Under the pieces are notes generated by a model that saw only the letters and a list, made by a program, of their open reading frames with translations, was not told the DNA's origin and made no database searches. The position numbers were made by a program, and so were the translations under genes. This document shows positions 30,173-40,416 of a DNA stretch of 64,000 nt, piece after piece. Positions within the stretch are counted from its first letter, which is position 1. Every line of letters begins with the position of its first letter. This DNA is from a virus (Duplodnaviria > Caudoviricetes), in the IMG/VR virus record IMGVR_UViG_3300033463_000004, positions 160,001 through 224,000 of that record. One strand, written 5' to 3'.

Positions 30173-31810
30173 TTGAAGACATTGGCCGAGCCCGTAAACA
30201 AGACAATGTTGTATCTGTATGACCCAGACGAGACGTATGAATACAACGCAAACCATGGTACTGAATATCCGTATAATGGATTCCCGACAGGACAGTATGG
30301 CAGAAAATATAAAAAGACCCGATTCATTAACTGGGAACCTATTCCGGAAGACATCATTATTCGACATAATGGTTCACAAATCTTTGTGAACTTTGCTGCG
30401 TTATTTCCTAACGATGTTCCTGACCCAGCCGTCCAGTTATTTCAGATGAGAACTCGGCGATTGGATTTACAAAACCTGATATGTGAACAGATCAATTTCT
30501 TTACCGCATTATATGATGATGACAATGATCTCATCACATCAATGCTGATTGCAAAACTGATGACAGATTCTCAAACATATACAATTGTGACATTTGACGA
30601 ATATCAACAACAGTTATTCGAGATTTTGTTTCCAGAAAGAACAATCGACAGAATCAGAAAAATGGTTGAAGAAAATGATGTTGGTGATGATGTCAAAGGA
30701 TTGTTCCCAGAAGATATGCCAAGAGATATTTTTATCGTATCATTCATGATTAAAGTGATGCATATTTTTATCGAGCATTTCATTATCTCAACTGGTAATT
30801 CGCCGAAGGATCTGTATGAATTGTTTGCAACCGCATTCACAAACATCATGAATCACATCAATCCAAACATTTATGTGTTGTTGTATGATTATGTGTACAA
30901 CTCGGTTGTTCAATCCTGTTCATCGAATGCAAATATCTATGATATGCAAGCAATCGATGGTGTTACAATTCCGACAACTGCACAATTTGTCATGCGGAAA
31001 AGTTTATTGTGTGACGGTTTAATCAAACTTACATTTGCATCTGCGTGGGATAAGATTAACAAACGTCCGACATTTTCATGTGTCGGTTTAATTAAAGCAA
31101 TTATTACACAAGCTTCATTTGTAACAAGAAAAGTACAACTCCGATATTCACTGGTCAACGTTGATGATATTTCTCAACTGCTTCCTGATCAGATATCGAA
31201 TAATTCTCCAATCTCAATGATTCGTTCTTTTAATCCTGGAGAATATTCCTGCATGTATAAGGATTTGAAGATTATCATTGCACATGTTGCATTGGAGATT
31301 GATTTGTCTCCGGTTGATTTCTATTTAGAAAATCTTCCGCAGATGAATGATCTTTCCAAGATTCTTGTTGAAGCTGTGTTGTATAATAAATTCCATTCAA
31401 GTATTTCAATTAATACATTATCCATGAAACAAAAATACATTCTTCTGTTGTATGTCAGACATTTAATCATGCAGATATATAATTTAACAGAAGAATCAAC
31501 AAAAACAAATCCATTGATTAACATGTTAATGGCAAAGACTGTAACGTATACAACGAAAACATTGACTGCAAAAGACTTGAATTCAATCAAGAAATTTGTG
31601 AAGTTAAATAACTTACGTGAGTTCTTATTGTCTGAAAAGAATGTCACAACGTTTATCGAATCTATTGTACATTCTGTTCTCTCATCATATACAATCGTGA
31701 ATCATAATGATGAATCATTGTTAAACACATCTCTTCAGTACGATGCAAATACGATGACATTGGATCTGTTGGATATGTGTGTATCATTGTTTGATTTCAT
31801 TACACGTTAA
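30173..31810 (+). CDS. sigma-like promoter-specificity subunit of non-virion RNAP (AR9 gp226/phiKZ gp68-like)
   Basis: colinear resemblance to the recalled gp226 pattern (IFVNFAALF, ICEQINFF, IRKMVEEN, NIYVLLYDYVYNSV, C-terminal LLDM); adjacent to beta'. Confidence 0.65.
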   Translation: MKTLAEPVNKTMLYLYDPDETYEYNANHGTEYPYNGFPTGQYGRKYKKTRFINWEPIPEDIIIRHNGSQIFVNFAALFPNDVPDPAVQLFQMRTRRLDLQNLICEQINFFTALYDDDNDLITSMLIAKLMTDSQTYTIVTFDEYQQQLFEILFPERTIDRIRKMVEENDVGDDVKGLFPEDMPRDIFIVSFMIKVMHIFIEHFIISTGNSPKDLYELFATAFTNIMNHINPNIYVLLYDYVYNSVVQSCSSNANIYDMQAIDGVTIPTTAQFVMRKSLLCDGLIKLTFASAWDKINKRPTFSCVGLIKAIITQASFVTRKVQLRYSLVNVDDISQLLPDQISNNSPISMIRSFNPGEYSCMYKDLKIIIAHVALEIDLSPVDFYLENLPQMNDLSKILVEAVLYNKFHSSISINTLSMKQKYILLLYVRHLIMQIYNLTEESTKTNPLINMLMAKTVTYTTKTLTAKDLNSIKKFVKLNNLREFLLSEKNVTTFIESIVHSVLSSYTIVNHNDESLLNTSLQYDANTMTLDLLDMCVSLFDFITR

Positions 31811-31830
31811 AAAGAAAGAAGGAGAATAAT

Positions 31831-33213
31831 ATGAAAGCAGTAAGATGTAATCTGGAAACAGAATACAGAGCAGACATCGCGACAAACAATGGATTTCGAA
31901 TTGAGAAAGAAGACCACTATTCACCAACAAATGTAAATGCACTTGTGGATTCCTCTAAATTCACCGATTGTGAATATAGATGTGAGTGTGGTGCATTTAT
32001 CGGACAGGATTTAATTGGTCAGACATGCCCTCGTTGTCATACAGAAATTGCATTACATTCTCTGAATTTCTGTTATACTGGCTGGATTGATCTTCATGAT
32101 CATAAAGTCATTTCACCGGTTTATTATATTATGCTGAAACGTGTACTCGGCACAAACATGCTTCGGTATATTCTTGGTGATTATAAATCAAAACTCGATA
32201 TCAAATATAACGAGAATGACCAAGGTGAACCGGAAGAGAAAAAACAGAAACGTGCAGGACGTGTATCTCAAGATGATATTCGATACATTGAAAAGAAAAT
32301 ACCAAAAACAAAGTTAATGTATAAAGGAATCGGTCATGATGGATTCTATGCACGATTTGAAGAAATCATGAATGCATGTGCACCGAAAAACAATGAAGAG
32401 CTTCCGATACTGTTGGCAAATAAAGAAGCTGTATTTACATCGAAGATCCCATTATATTCAACTGCGTTTCGTCCTGTGTCAAAAACATCGGAAACAAAGT
32501 TCTATCCGAAAATCAATAAATGGTTTGCTCAAATGGTTTCTGTTGCATGCAGAATGGAAAACATGGTTCTGGATATTGAATTTATGCAAGCATTGAATTA
32601 TATTCAGAAATGTTGGATGGAAGCTGTTGAGCATATCATTAAAAATGAAATGTCAAAGAAAGAAGGCTTTGTTCGTTCAGAAATTGTTGGTGGTTCATTT
32701 GCATTTTCTGCACGTTCTGTTATCACCCTTGACATTTCATTGAATGTTGACGAAGTTGATTTGCCATATTCAATGGTATTAACAGCATATCAATATCGGT
32801 TGACATACATGCTTGCAACTCGATATAATATGACATTGGAACAAGCGTATCTGTTCATTAACACATATGAACATAATGACATCATCATTCAACTTTTAGA
32901 CGAAATTATTGCAGAAGGACAATGGGTTGTCTATTTAAGAGAGCCAACGAATAATCTCGCATCAATTGTTCTTGCAAAGATTCGTCGATATAAAATTGGT
33001 GATGATACGATGTCTGTTCCGCTTGAACCATTAGCTGGTTTGAATGCAGACTTTGACGGTGATGCATTGGACATTTGGTTTATGTTGGATAAACAACTTA
33101 TGCCAAAATTCCAGTCATTCCATTATTCATGTCTGACTGATAGAATCAACGAGAAAGTCTCTCTTGATATTCTTTCATGGTCTGAAGTTGCTTTGGGTAG
33201 AATGACTGAATGA
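31831..33213 (+). CDS. RNA polymerase beta' N-terminal/catalytic subunit (non-virion RNAP)
   Basis: Zn finger CECG...CPRC, GWIDL, SARSVI, REPT, catalytic NADFDGD. Confidence 0.9.
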   Translation: MKAVRCNLETEYRADIATNNGFRIEKEDHYSPTNVNALVDSSKFTDCEYRCECGAFIGQDLIGQTCPRCHTEIALHSLNFCYTGWIDLHDHKVISPVYYIMLKRVLGTNMLRYILGDYKSKLDIKYNENDQGEPEEKKQKRAGRVSQDDIRYIEKKIPKTKLMYKGIGHDGFYARFEEIMNACAPKNNEELPILLANKEAVFTSKIPLYSTAFRPVSKTSETKFYPKINKWFAQMVSVACRMENMVLDIEFMQALNYIQKCWMEAVEHIIKNEMSKKEGFVRSEIVGGSFAFSARSVITLDISLNVDEVDLPYSMVLTAYQYRLTYMLATRYNMTLEQAYLFINTYEHNDIIIQLLDEIIAEGQWVVYLREPTNNLASIVLAKIRRYKIGDDTMSVPLEPLAGLNADFDGDALDIWFMLDKQLMPKFQSFHYSCLTDRINEKVSLDILSWSEVALGRMTE

Positions 33214-33219
33214 TATATG

Positions 33220-33245
33220 TAATGGGGCGCATATGCGCCCCATTA
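33220..33245 (+). terminator. terminator (same hairpin as 62269-62290)
   Basis: ATGGGGCGCATATGCGCCCCAT plus T-run. Confidence 0.75.
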
Positions 33246-33328
33246 TTTTTTTATATATTTACATATATATACTTTTAAAGATGAGCTAATGTTCACACAA
33301 AATTATGTCACCAAAAGAATGTGAAAAC

Positions 33329-33388
33329 ATGACTGAAGAAATCGTCATTATTCAGATTCCGAAAGGAACTGAAATTATCTGTGAATGA
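33329..33388 (+). CDS. 19-aa peptide MTEEIVIIQIPKGTEIICE
   Basis: homologous to 14582-14638; follows ACATATATATAC promoter-like motif; weak RBS. Confidence 0.5.
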   Translation: MTEEIVIIQIPKGTEIICE

Positions 33389-33482
33389 CAGTCACAGATA
33401 TTGAATATATAATATAACTCATTCGCTATCCGAAAACGAGGTGATATATGTGTGAACCATAACTCATTATCAGATTAGGTAA

Positions 33483-33497
33483 AAACGATTTCATAAT
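33483..33497 (+). promoter_or_regulatory. putative late promoter
   Basis: AAACGATTTCATAAT. Confidence 0.5.
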
Positions 33498-33519
33498 ATA
33501 TTTTTGGAGGTGTACCATA

Positions 33520-34197
33520 ATGGGAATTTTCGATAAAATCATTCAAGAATATTCTCGAAAACATGAAGATGAAGTTCAAGAAAATATTAAGGAATCGGGT
33601 ACGAAAAATTCACAACAAATTTCCGCATTAATCAAGAAAGCATTATCATCTGGACATAAAGTATATCTGTGTTGTGATTGGCATTTGTGGAGATGTACAG
33701 ATAAAAAGAAACGAACAATTGTTGAACGCTCTGATATCAATACAATTGTGAATAAATATAATAATATCGTAACAGATGATGATGTTGTTTTATATATGGG
33801 AGATCTAATTGACGGTGAGTGTGAAAAGAAAGAAGCGCTCGGTAAGATACTTGATTCGTTGAAAGGTATCAAAATTCTTGTGAGAGGTAATAATGATTTA
33901 TTCGATGATGATTATTATTTATCACATGGATTCAAATATGTGACACCAAAATTTATATATGACAATATTCTATTTTCGCATATTCCGCAAAAACATAATA
34001 ATCGAATGAATATTCATGCACATTTACATGGATACGCAACATATTGGTTACCATACCGCGAAATGATTGATGTTGCATTTTGTGATGGTAGAAAAGAACC
34101 TGTTGAACTCAACACAGTAATCAAATCATTACCCGCATACAAAAAGAAAGCAAAAGAAATACCTGAAAAATTCGAACAAGAATTTGCATCGTTATAA
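33520..34197 (+). CDS. calcineurin-like metallophosphoesterase
   Basis: DWH, GDL, GNND, SH, HAHLH motifs; N-terminal IQEY/VQEN leader. Confidence 0.8.
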   Translation: MGIFDKIIQEYSRKHEDEVQENIKESGTKNSQQISALIKKALSSGHKVYLCCDWHLWRCTDKKKRTIVERSDINTIVNKYNNIVTDDDVVLYMGDLIDGECEKKEALGKILDSLKGIKILVRGNNDLFDDDYYLSHGFKYVTPKFIYDNILFSHIPQKHNNRMNIHAHLHGYATYWLPYREMIDVAFCDGRKEPVELNTVIKSLPAYKKKAKEIPEKFEQEFASL

Positions 34198-34198
34198 T

Positions 34199-34224
34199 AT
34201 ATGGGCGGGGATTTCCCGCCCATA
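34199..34224 (+). terminator. terminator
   Basis: ATATGGGCGGG-GATT-TCCCGCCCATAT. Confidence 0.65.
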
Positions 34225-34248
34225 TTAACAAATAAATATTTTTAAGAG

Positions 34249-34641
34249 GTGAAGATTATGAACCCGAGAGATTTCTACGAATACCCAACAATGGAAGAAC
34301 AACAACGTGTGTTACATGCTCCATTTGATATCATGACGCACATGAAAACTTTCGTAGAGTATTTGGAAGTTATTATTCATCCAAATGGAACCGTTGAATA
34401 TGCCGTTCCATCGCATGTATTAAAACTCCAAGAAATCTATGGAAAAACATCAGATGAGATGTTTGAAGAGTTTTATAATAGTCTGGATGCATTATGTGAA
34501 CCCGCTGAATGGCTATGTAAAAAGACAGGATGTATATCTGTTTGGAATAATGGGTATGCAGGAACGGCAAATGAAGCGCAGAAAGAAGCACTTCGAAAAT
34601 TAAAGGAATATCAACTTTATAAAGGAGAAATTGAAAAATGA
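34249..34641 (+). CDS. hypothetical protein
   Basis: 130-aa ORF, YLEVII.P.G.VEYAVPSH. Confidence 0.6.
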   Translation: MKIMNPRDFYEYPTMEEQQRVLHAPFDIMTHMKTFVEYLEVIIHPNGTVEYAVPSHVLKLQEIYGKTSDEMFEEFYNSLDALCEPAEWLCKKTGCISVWNNGYAGTANEAQKEALRKLKEYQLYKGEIEK

Positions 34642-34985
34642 AAGTGTTTATTTCACAACCGATGGCTGGTATGACAGATGAAGAAATCTTGACACGAAGG
34701 AATGAATTGATTGGTATCTTAAAAAATAAATATGGTGAAGATATTGAAATTATCGATTCATTCACAAAGAGTGAAGAAATCATTGGTAAAGGGCGAATCG
34801 CAATGTTGGGTGATTCGATTTCTCTTATGCGTGATGCCGATGTTGTATTCTTTGCTCATGGATGGAATAAGTCAGCTGGATGTAATGTTGAACATGAGGT
34901 ATGTGTACAATATCACATACGAAGACTTTTCGAGGAATGTTTGCCGGAATTCAAGAAGGCACAACATACACAGTATTGGAGGTAA
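34638..34985 (+). CDS. DUF4406 / nucleoside deoxyribosyltransferase-like protein
   Basis: MKVFISQPM.G...AD.V.F..GW..S.GC.VEH. Confidence 0.7.
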   Translation: MKVFISQPMAGMTDEEILTRRNELIGILKNKYGEDIEIIDSFTKSEEIIGKGRIAMLGDSISLMRDADVVFFAHGWNKSAGCNVEHEVCVQYHIRRLFEECLPEFKKAQHTQYWR

Positions 34986-34987
34986 AT

Positions 34988-35341
34988 ATGAAACGAAATA
35001 CACAATATAGACCTGACGATTGGCCGCCGTTATTGAAACAATTAGCTATCGTAAACAATAGTCGTCATGCTGGAACAATTAAGTCGTCTGCATTTATTAT
35101 TCATACGCTTGTAAAGCAATATGAATATACGATTTACATCTATAATCCTTCAAAGAATATCTTTGAGAATATCGGTAATTATAGATACCTCGGCGAGGAT
35201 TCATTAAATTATCGATTCATAGAAGTAAAATCCAATCTGTCCAATATCGAATGGACAACAATCACATTGCCTAAAATGTGTGACGATAGATACTTTTTCC
35301 AAGCGATCAATTCTTATAGTCCGGGAGGTGTAACAGAATGA
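34988..35341 (+). CDS. hypothetical protein
   Basis: GGAGGT RBS. Confidence 0.6.
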   Translation: MKRNTQYRPDDWPPLLKQLAIVNNSRHAGTIKSSAFIIHTLVKQYEYTIYIYNPSKNIFENIGNYRYLGEDSLNYRFIEVKSNLSNIEWTTITLPKMCDDRYFFQAINSYSPGGVTE

Positions 35342-35631
35342 CAGAAATCGAACTCAATGATGTATTGACAAAGAATGCAACATTCGAAGACGGTACATTA
35401 TGTCTCGATGATTACAGTGTCAAATTAGAACCTGGAAATCTTTACAGAGTTCATATTTATGATACATATGGAAACTCGCGATATTTAGGTTTATACAAAT
35501 TTGATGATCGTGATCATCAAGACACATATGTATTCAAAGCATGTGAATGGCAAATGGGTCGGAATTATAATATGTTATTAATTCCATTCGAATTGTTGGA
35601 CCGTTATGTATTCGAAACTCATTTATCTTAA
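35338..35631 (+). CDS. hypothetical protein
   Basis: GGAGGTG RBS, overlapping stop/start. Confidence 0.6.
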   Translation: MTEIELNDVLTKNATFEDGTLCLDDYSVKLEPGNLYRVHIYDTYGNSRYLGLYKFDDRDHQDTYVFKACEWQMGRNYNMLLIPFELLDRYVFETHLS

Positions 35632-35652
35632 TAAATAAGGACGTGATACATA

Positions 35653-36711
35653 ATGTATGCTTTTATCGGTGATTTGCATCTGGGTGTGAAATTACCACAA
35701 TCAGATTTCATAAATTCATTGGCACAATTCTTGGGTTATATTCAAAAGAGCAAAGAAGAATGCCATGCAATATTTGTTTGTGGTGATTTATTTGACCATC
35801 GTTTGTCTATTGAAGATGCAAAGTTTGCATCTAAGTTTATTGCAGCTTTGGTTTATAATCATTCTGGTGCAAATCACCAAAATATTCCAGTGTATTTTGT
35901 ACATGGTACTTATACACATGACCAAGAACAGTATCCAATTTATTTGTCAATGATTGATGAAACTGTTCGTGCCAGTGTATTCTATATTCCAAAAGCAACT
36001 GTCATGGATGTATTCGGTGATAAGAAAGTATTATTCTTACCACAAGAATATGGAGATATTGATTACACAAAATTATTTGAATCCAAATATGACATCATTG
36101 TTGGACATGGTCCCATTGCATCACAAACTAAGAATCCATGTAAATCTGCAAAATATGAAATTGTTCATTCTGCTGAATTACTTGGTAAGATTTCTGAATT
36201 ATGTGTATTCGGACATTATCATGGATACACCGATTTCGGAAATAATGTATTTTACACAGGACCTTGGTTGCAATGGAAATATGGTGAAGATGAACCAAAA
36301 GTGTTCTTCTTCTGTGATGATAACTTGAAAGTTCATACAGAACCAAATCCAAATGCAATGGAATTTAAGACAATTGAGATATCTGACCCAGAACAATTAC
36401 GTGAATATCTTTCCCAAGATATTCACACACCACATCGATTCATGATTTCATCAACGCATTCCGATATGGAAACATATCGTGGAATCATGAATTCAAATAA
36501 ATCTTCTAATGTGAAATTTCAGTTAGAAGAAATCGTCGATGAAGACGATTTACAATTGACCGTTGATGAAGTTGTTGATGCGCAGGTTGAAGCGGTCCAG
36601 CCGATACCTGCGTTGATTACATATATCAAAGATAAGTATGGTATTGACCCAGAAACACAACTTCATGAATATGAAACCCAAATTAACAAGGAGGAACCGA
36701 AAAATGGATAA
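35653..36711 (+). CDS. sbcD: SbcD/Mre11-like nuclease
   Basis: GDLHLG, GDLFD, GTYTHD, GHG, FGHYH, YTG motifs. Confidence 0.8.
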   Translation: MYAFIGDLHLGVKLPQSDFINSLAQFLGYIQKSKEECHAIFVCGDLFDHRLSIEDAKFASKFIAALVYNHSGANHQNIPVYFVHGTYTHDQEQYPIYLSMIDETVRASVFYIPKATVMDVFGDKKVLFLPQEYGDIDYTKLFESKYDIIVGHGPIASQTKNPCKSAKYEIVHSAELLGKISELCVFGHYHGYTDFGNNVFYTGPWLQWKYGEDEPKVFFFCDDNLKVHTEPNPNAMEFKTIEISDPEQLREYLSQDIHTPHRFMISSTHSDMETYRGIMNSNKSSNVKFQLEEIVDEDDLQLTVDEVVDAQVEAVQPIPALITYIKDKYGIDPETQLHEYETQINKEEPKNG

Positions 36712-37270
36712 AAACCGAAAGCTCGATTATGTGTTTTTCACCACACGTGAATTCACAACAAAATTGTTCACAACAATTGTTGACAATCTCACGGATATGC
36801 TAATGCAATCTTGTCCTGAGAATAAACGTATATGTGTTGTCAATTTTGATCAAGATGATGACAAGATTACGAATGATTCTCGCATTGTTCAGCAGATTCA
36901 GTTGGAGTATACCACAATTAATCCTGACACGAATACAGCATCAATACAACTTTGTGTTGCACTTGGTCTGATGGCGTCAACTAAAGACAATAACAGGTGG
37001 TATATCGTCGTTGATATACCTACAAGTCATACACATCTGGAATATGAGTTCTGGATTGAAAAAGAAGAAAATGATACTATTGATGAAGCTACTGCATATG
37101 CATTTCATGGTAGCTCTCACAGCAATGGTATGCCGAGTGACATGACGGATTATCAAGGATATAAATTCTACAAAAACTTTATTAAAGAATCAATTGATAA
37201 AGTTGTAAGTCATTCTCATGTTGCTGTCAGAACAGATCCGGATGATCCTGATATGTTCACGTATCGTTGA
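36704..37270 (+). CDS. hypothetical protein
   Basis: AAGGAGG RBS. Confidence 0.65.
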   Translation: MDKNRKLDYVFFTTREFTTKLFTTIVDNLTDMLMQSCPENKRICVVNFDQDDDKITNDSRIVQQIQLEYTTINPDTNTASIQLCVALGLMASTKDNNRWYIVVDIPTSHTHLEYEFWIEKEENDTIDEATAYAFHGSSHSNGMPSDMTDYQGYKFYKNFIKESIDKVVSHSHVAVRTDPDDPDMFTYR

Positions 37271-37279
37271 TATAAACGT

Positions 37280-37307
37280 AATATGGTGCCCTTCGGGGCA
37301 CCATATT
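37280..37307 (+). terminator. terminator
   Basis: AATATGGTGCCC-TTCG-GGGCACCATATT. Confidence 0.75.
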
Positions 37308-37333
37308 TTATATTTCACAAAGGAGTTGTAATA

Positions 37334-37930
37334 ATGGAAAATAAACCGATACTCGGATTTGTAACGATGGAATCACTTGCGAGATTCATCTTTTCAAAAG
37401 TATCATCGGCTTTGCTCAATCGTTATACTGATCTGCGAACAGGACTCAATGTCGTGAAAGCGATTGGTCATGGTCAATCAACTCAGGCTACTGACTATGA
37501 TAAACATCCGTGGTATATCGAAGATGCTATGTCAATTTATACTGGACCTGGACCCGCGCAACAAGATGAACTCAACGCACTTGTTGCGCTAAAACATAAA
37601 TCAGAAACATTGAATACAGATTCACGAATGATACAGAAAACTGCAGTGTATCATATCACAACAGCGTTATCAGATGCACATACACATGTCATTATCACAG
37701 TTCGATATCCAAAGAAATTCGATAATGGATTTGATATTGTTATCACTGATGAAGGATTTGATGTCATGATGGATGTTGCTGATGAACACGGTAAACATAT
37801 TGAACCCGAAGATGTTCCAAAAGAACTTCATGACGATGTTATTTGTATTGCTGAAGTCGCACATGAAATCAGATCAACGCTCAGTATTGCTGTAGAGAGG
37901 GATTTAGACAATGGATCAGAAAGCAATTGA
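37334..37930 (+). CDS. hypothetical protein
   Basis: AAAGGAG RBS. Confidence 0.65.
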   Translation: MENKPILGFVTMESLARFIFSKVSSALLNRYTDLRTGLNVVKAIGHGQSTQATDYDKHPWYIEDAMSIYTGPGPAQQDELNALVALKHKSETLNTDSRMIQKTAVYHITTALSDAHTHVIITVRYPKKFDNGFDIVITDEGFDVMMDVADEHGKHIEPEDVPKELHDDVICIAEVAHEIRSTLSIAVERDLDNGSESN

Positions 37931-38222
37931 TGAAGCGTATGCAAATGTGGTAGAAAAAGAGATGATCCCTGGTGTCAAAGTGAAAATGACACATGCCAAA
38001 ATGACATTTGCTCCATATGGTTTGCCACGTGAAATCACATTATGTGGAAGATTAGTTGATGTTTTACATGCTGCAAAGATGAGTGTTGAAGAACGCTCAA
38101 AATACATGGAAATATCAGATGGATGTAATCTGGAATGGTGGTGTGGCGTCTCACAGGATTACATAATGGCATTACCAAAACCGCGAGGATGTCAAATGAA
38201 AGGAGATGAACAACATGATTGA
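37911..38222 (+). CDS. hypothetical protein
   Basis: tightly packed ORF. Confidence 0.6.
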   Translation: MDQKAIDEAYANVVEKEMIPGVKVKMTHAKMTFAPYGLPREITLCGRLVDVLHAAKMSVEERSKYMEISDGCNLEWWCGVSQDYIMALPKPRGCQMKGDEQHD

Positions 38223-38739
38223 GGTTGATGGATTTAGATTAAACGGCGGTGGTTGTGATTTTAATAATACAACCAAACGGGATACACCGTTTCCCGACTC
38301 ATCGTCAACGCCGGTTTCAATTCGCAAAATCTGCGATGATCCGAATGATCCCAATTACTGGAAAGAAAACATTACCACACAAAAAGACACCGGTATCAGA
38401 GTTCCGATTAATCAACCGGGAATTCCATTGACGGAATTTGCTGAACGGTTGATTGCTCTTGAACAAGAGAATGTTGTACTTCGTGAGGAACTTGAACAAC
38501 TGAAGGAAGTTGTCAGTATTACATTGTCTCTGGCAGGACATACGTTTCCATTATTGTCCCAATACTATGGACACCGTGTTCTTACTAACGAAGCCGCAAA
38601 AAAGGTACGTGATGGACTATGGGATTGGGCTAAAGATCATGGTATTGAATTCATACCATTCGAGCTATCACCCAATGGTGGTTTAAAGATTCTGAAAAAT
38701 GAGGAGGAAAATAAAAATGATTCAAGTAGCGACGATTGA
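38215..38739 (+). CDS. hypothetical protein (coiled-coil segment)
   Basis: AAAGGAG RBS. Confidence 0.6.
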   Translation: MIEVDGFRLNGGGCDFNNTTKRDTPFPDSSSTPVSIRKICDDPNDPNYWKENITTQKDTGIRVPINQPGIPLTEFAERLIALEQENVVLREELEQLKEVVSITLSLAGHTFPLLSQYYGHRVLTNEAAKKVRDGLWDWAKDHGIEFIPFELSPNGGLKILKNEEENKNDSSSDD

Positions 38740-39175
38740 AATTGCAAAGGAACTTGTTATGCGAGATTTGATTCGCTGTGCATGTAATACTATTGTCGAT
38801 TCTGGTGTTAATCCAGACAATATTGATACATTTTACTGTCAAACACACAATGAGAACACAGGCGATCGGATTGGCTGTATGATTACAATCAACAATGTTC
38901 CGAAGTTTACAATTTCAAGATCATTGGATGCGAATGTTGTTCATGTTGTAATTGAAGAATTGAACACCGAAAATGGTGCAGCATCATTTGACTTTATTAT
39001 CAAATTTGATAAGGAGACATGTATGGGTCGTTTTGAGTTTGCAGAAATTGTTGCGCCAAGTGAACATGAAATCAAACTGATGCTTCCATATAAATATCTG
39101 TCTGGAATGTTTGCTGGATATTTGACAGCACTGCAAGAACATATGATGCTTGTCGAATTGCCTGATATAGATTAA
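38717..39175 (+). CDS. hypothetical protein
   Basis: GAGGAGG RBS. Confidence 0.6.
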   Translation: MIQVATIEIAKELVMRDLIRCACNTIVDSGVNPDNIDTFYCQTHNENTGDRIGCMITINNVPKFTISRSLDANVVHVVIEELNTENGAASFDFIIKFDKETCMGRFEFAEIVAPSEHEIKLMLPYKYLSGMFAGYLTALQEHMMLVELPDID

Positions 39176-39192
39176 AATGGAGGTAAATTAAA

Positions 39193-39756
39193 ATGAAAAC
39201 CGAGTTTGTGTTTTTCGATGAGAAAAGATTATCGTCTGTTGTGTTTAACAACATCGCATTTGCTATTTTAAATTCATTTAAGCAGTACCATAGTGAATAT
39301 ATGAACATGGCACTGATTTTCAATGATGTAGATCATATTGATCCGAGCGAATTCAACTATCCGAACTATGAGATGGTTGAATTCGTTCAGCTGAATGGTT
39401 ATGTCAGAAAAGAAAATGACAAACATGCTACCATGCAACAATTCTGCGGTATTGCCCGTTTGGAACATGAAACAGAAGACAAGTGTCTGGTTGTTGTTGA
39501 AATACCTGGAAACAATATTGCATATAGAATCAATATTGAGCGGAGACCTGGTGATGATGATATTCATGATGATTTAGTAGCATCTATGACAACGGCTCCA
39601 GTGTTTATCACAAACATCGAAGAGCTTCTGGATAAAGAACCGATTAAGTATTATGGAAAAATCATCTCGGAAGCTGTTGCTGAAATCGTAGAAAATCAGT
39701 CTCTTGCGAGAATCATCGATGAAGATGGACGTCATATGTTTGAATACCGTCTCTGA
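39193..39756 (+). CDS. hypothetical protein
   Basis: GGAGGT RBS. Confidence 0.65.
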   Translation: MKTEFVFFDEKRLSSVVFNNIAFAILNSFKQYHSEYMNMALIFNDVDHIDPSEFNYPNYEMVEFVQLNGYVRKENDKHATMQQFCGIARLEHETEDKCLVVVEIPGNNIAYRINIERRPGDDDIHDDLVASMTTAPVFITNIEELLDKEPIKYYGKIISEAVAEIVENQSLARIIDEDGRHMFEYRL

Positions 39757-39771
39757 TTGACTGGAGGAAAT

Positions 39772-40416
39772 ATGATGATTGATTATAAATCAGCGTGGGA
39801 ACATTTGAAACATTACGTTTCTGATATGGAATTTTATACAAAGCCGTATAAAGGTAATGGTTTTCGGGCGGTCTTGTATAAAATGGAAGAACTGGAAAAA
39901 TCTCTAACCAGAGATGAACCAAGTGAAATCATTGAACGTTCGAAAGATATTAAAATTGGTAATTATACACTCAAACGTTCGGATCTTCAATTCACAAAAG
40001 AAGATTTTGAAGAAGCAAAGAAAGCTTGGAAACAAGGTAGTGTGATCTATGATATTGCACATGATCTTGAACAACAGCTTTTGGATTTTGACAGTAAGGT
40101 CAGACTGGAAGTTGACAGATGGGTATTCGATGCATTCAAGGATATATGCGGATGTACCACACCGGATGAGGTGTTCAACATTATAACAACACCATTGCAT
40201 ATTCATCGATTCATGTATGTAATAGAAACCGTAAACAATAAAATCAAACTTCTGGATATTTGCGATGATACATTCACGCATCCAGAACCAGGTAAATTGC
40301 AATATAATCCATTGCATGGATGTCAATTGAGTGTACCGACAAAATCGTTTCAAGCAACCGAAGAACTGCGAAATTCAGTCAAACAACGATGGGAGGAAAT
40401 TTATAATGCAAATTGA
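39772..40416 (+). CDS. hypothetical protein
   Basis: GGAGG RBS. Confidence 0.6.
   Translation: MMIDYKSAWEHLKHYVSDMEFYTKPYKGNGFRAVLYKMEELEKSLTRDEPSEIIERSKDIKIGNYTLKRSDLQFTKEDFEEAKKAWKQGSVIYDIAHDLEQQLLDFDSKVRLEVDRWVFDAFKDICGCTTPDEVFNIITTPLHIHRFMYVIETVNNKIKLLDICDDTFTHPEPGKLQYNPLHGCQLSVPTKSFQATEELRNSVKQRWEEIYNAN

Noticed and set aside
30173-31810. Chimallin (nuclear shell), because it precedes RNAP beta' as in phiKZ
   Set aside because: The sequence pattern fits the gp226-like sigma subunit throughout; no chimallin features recognised
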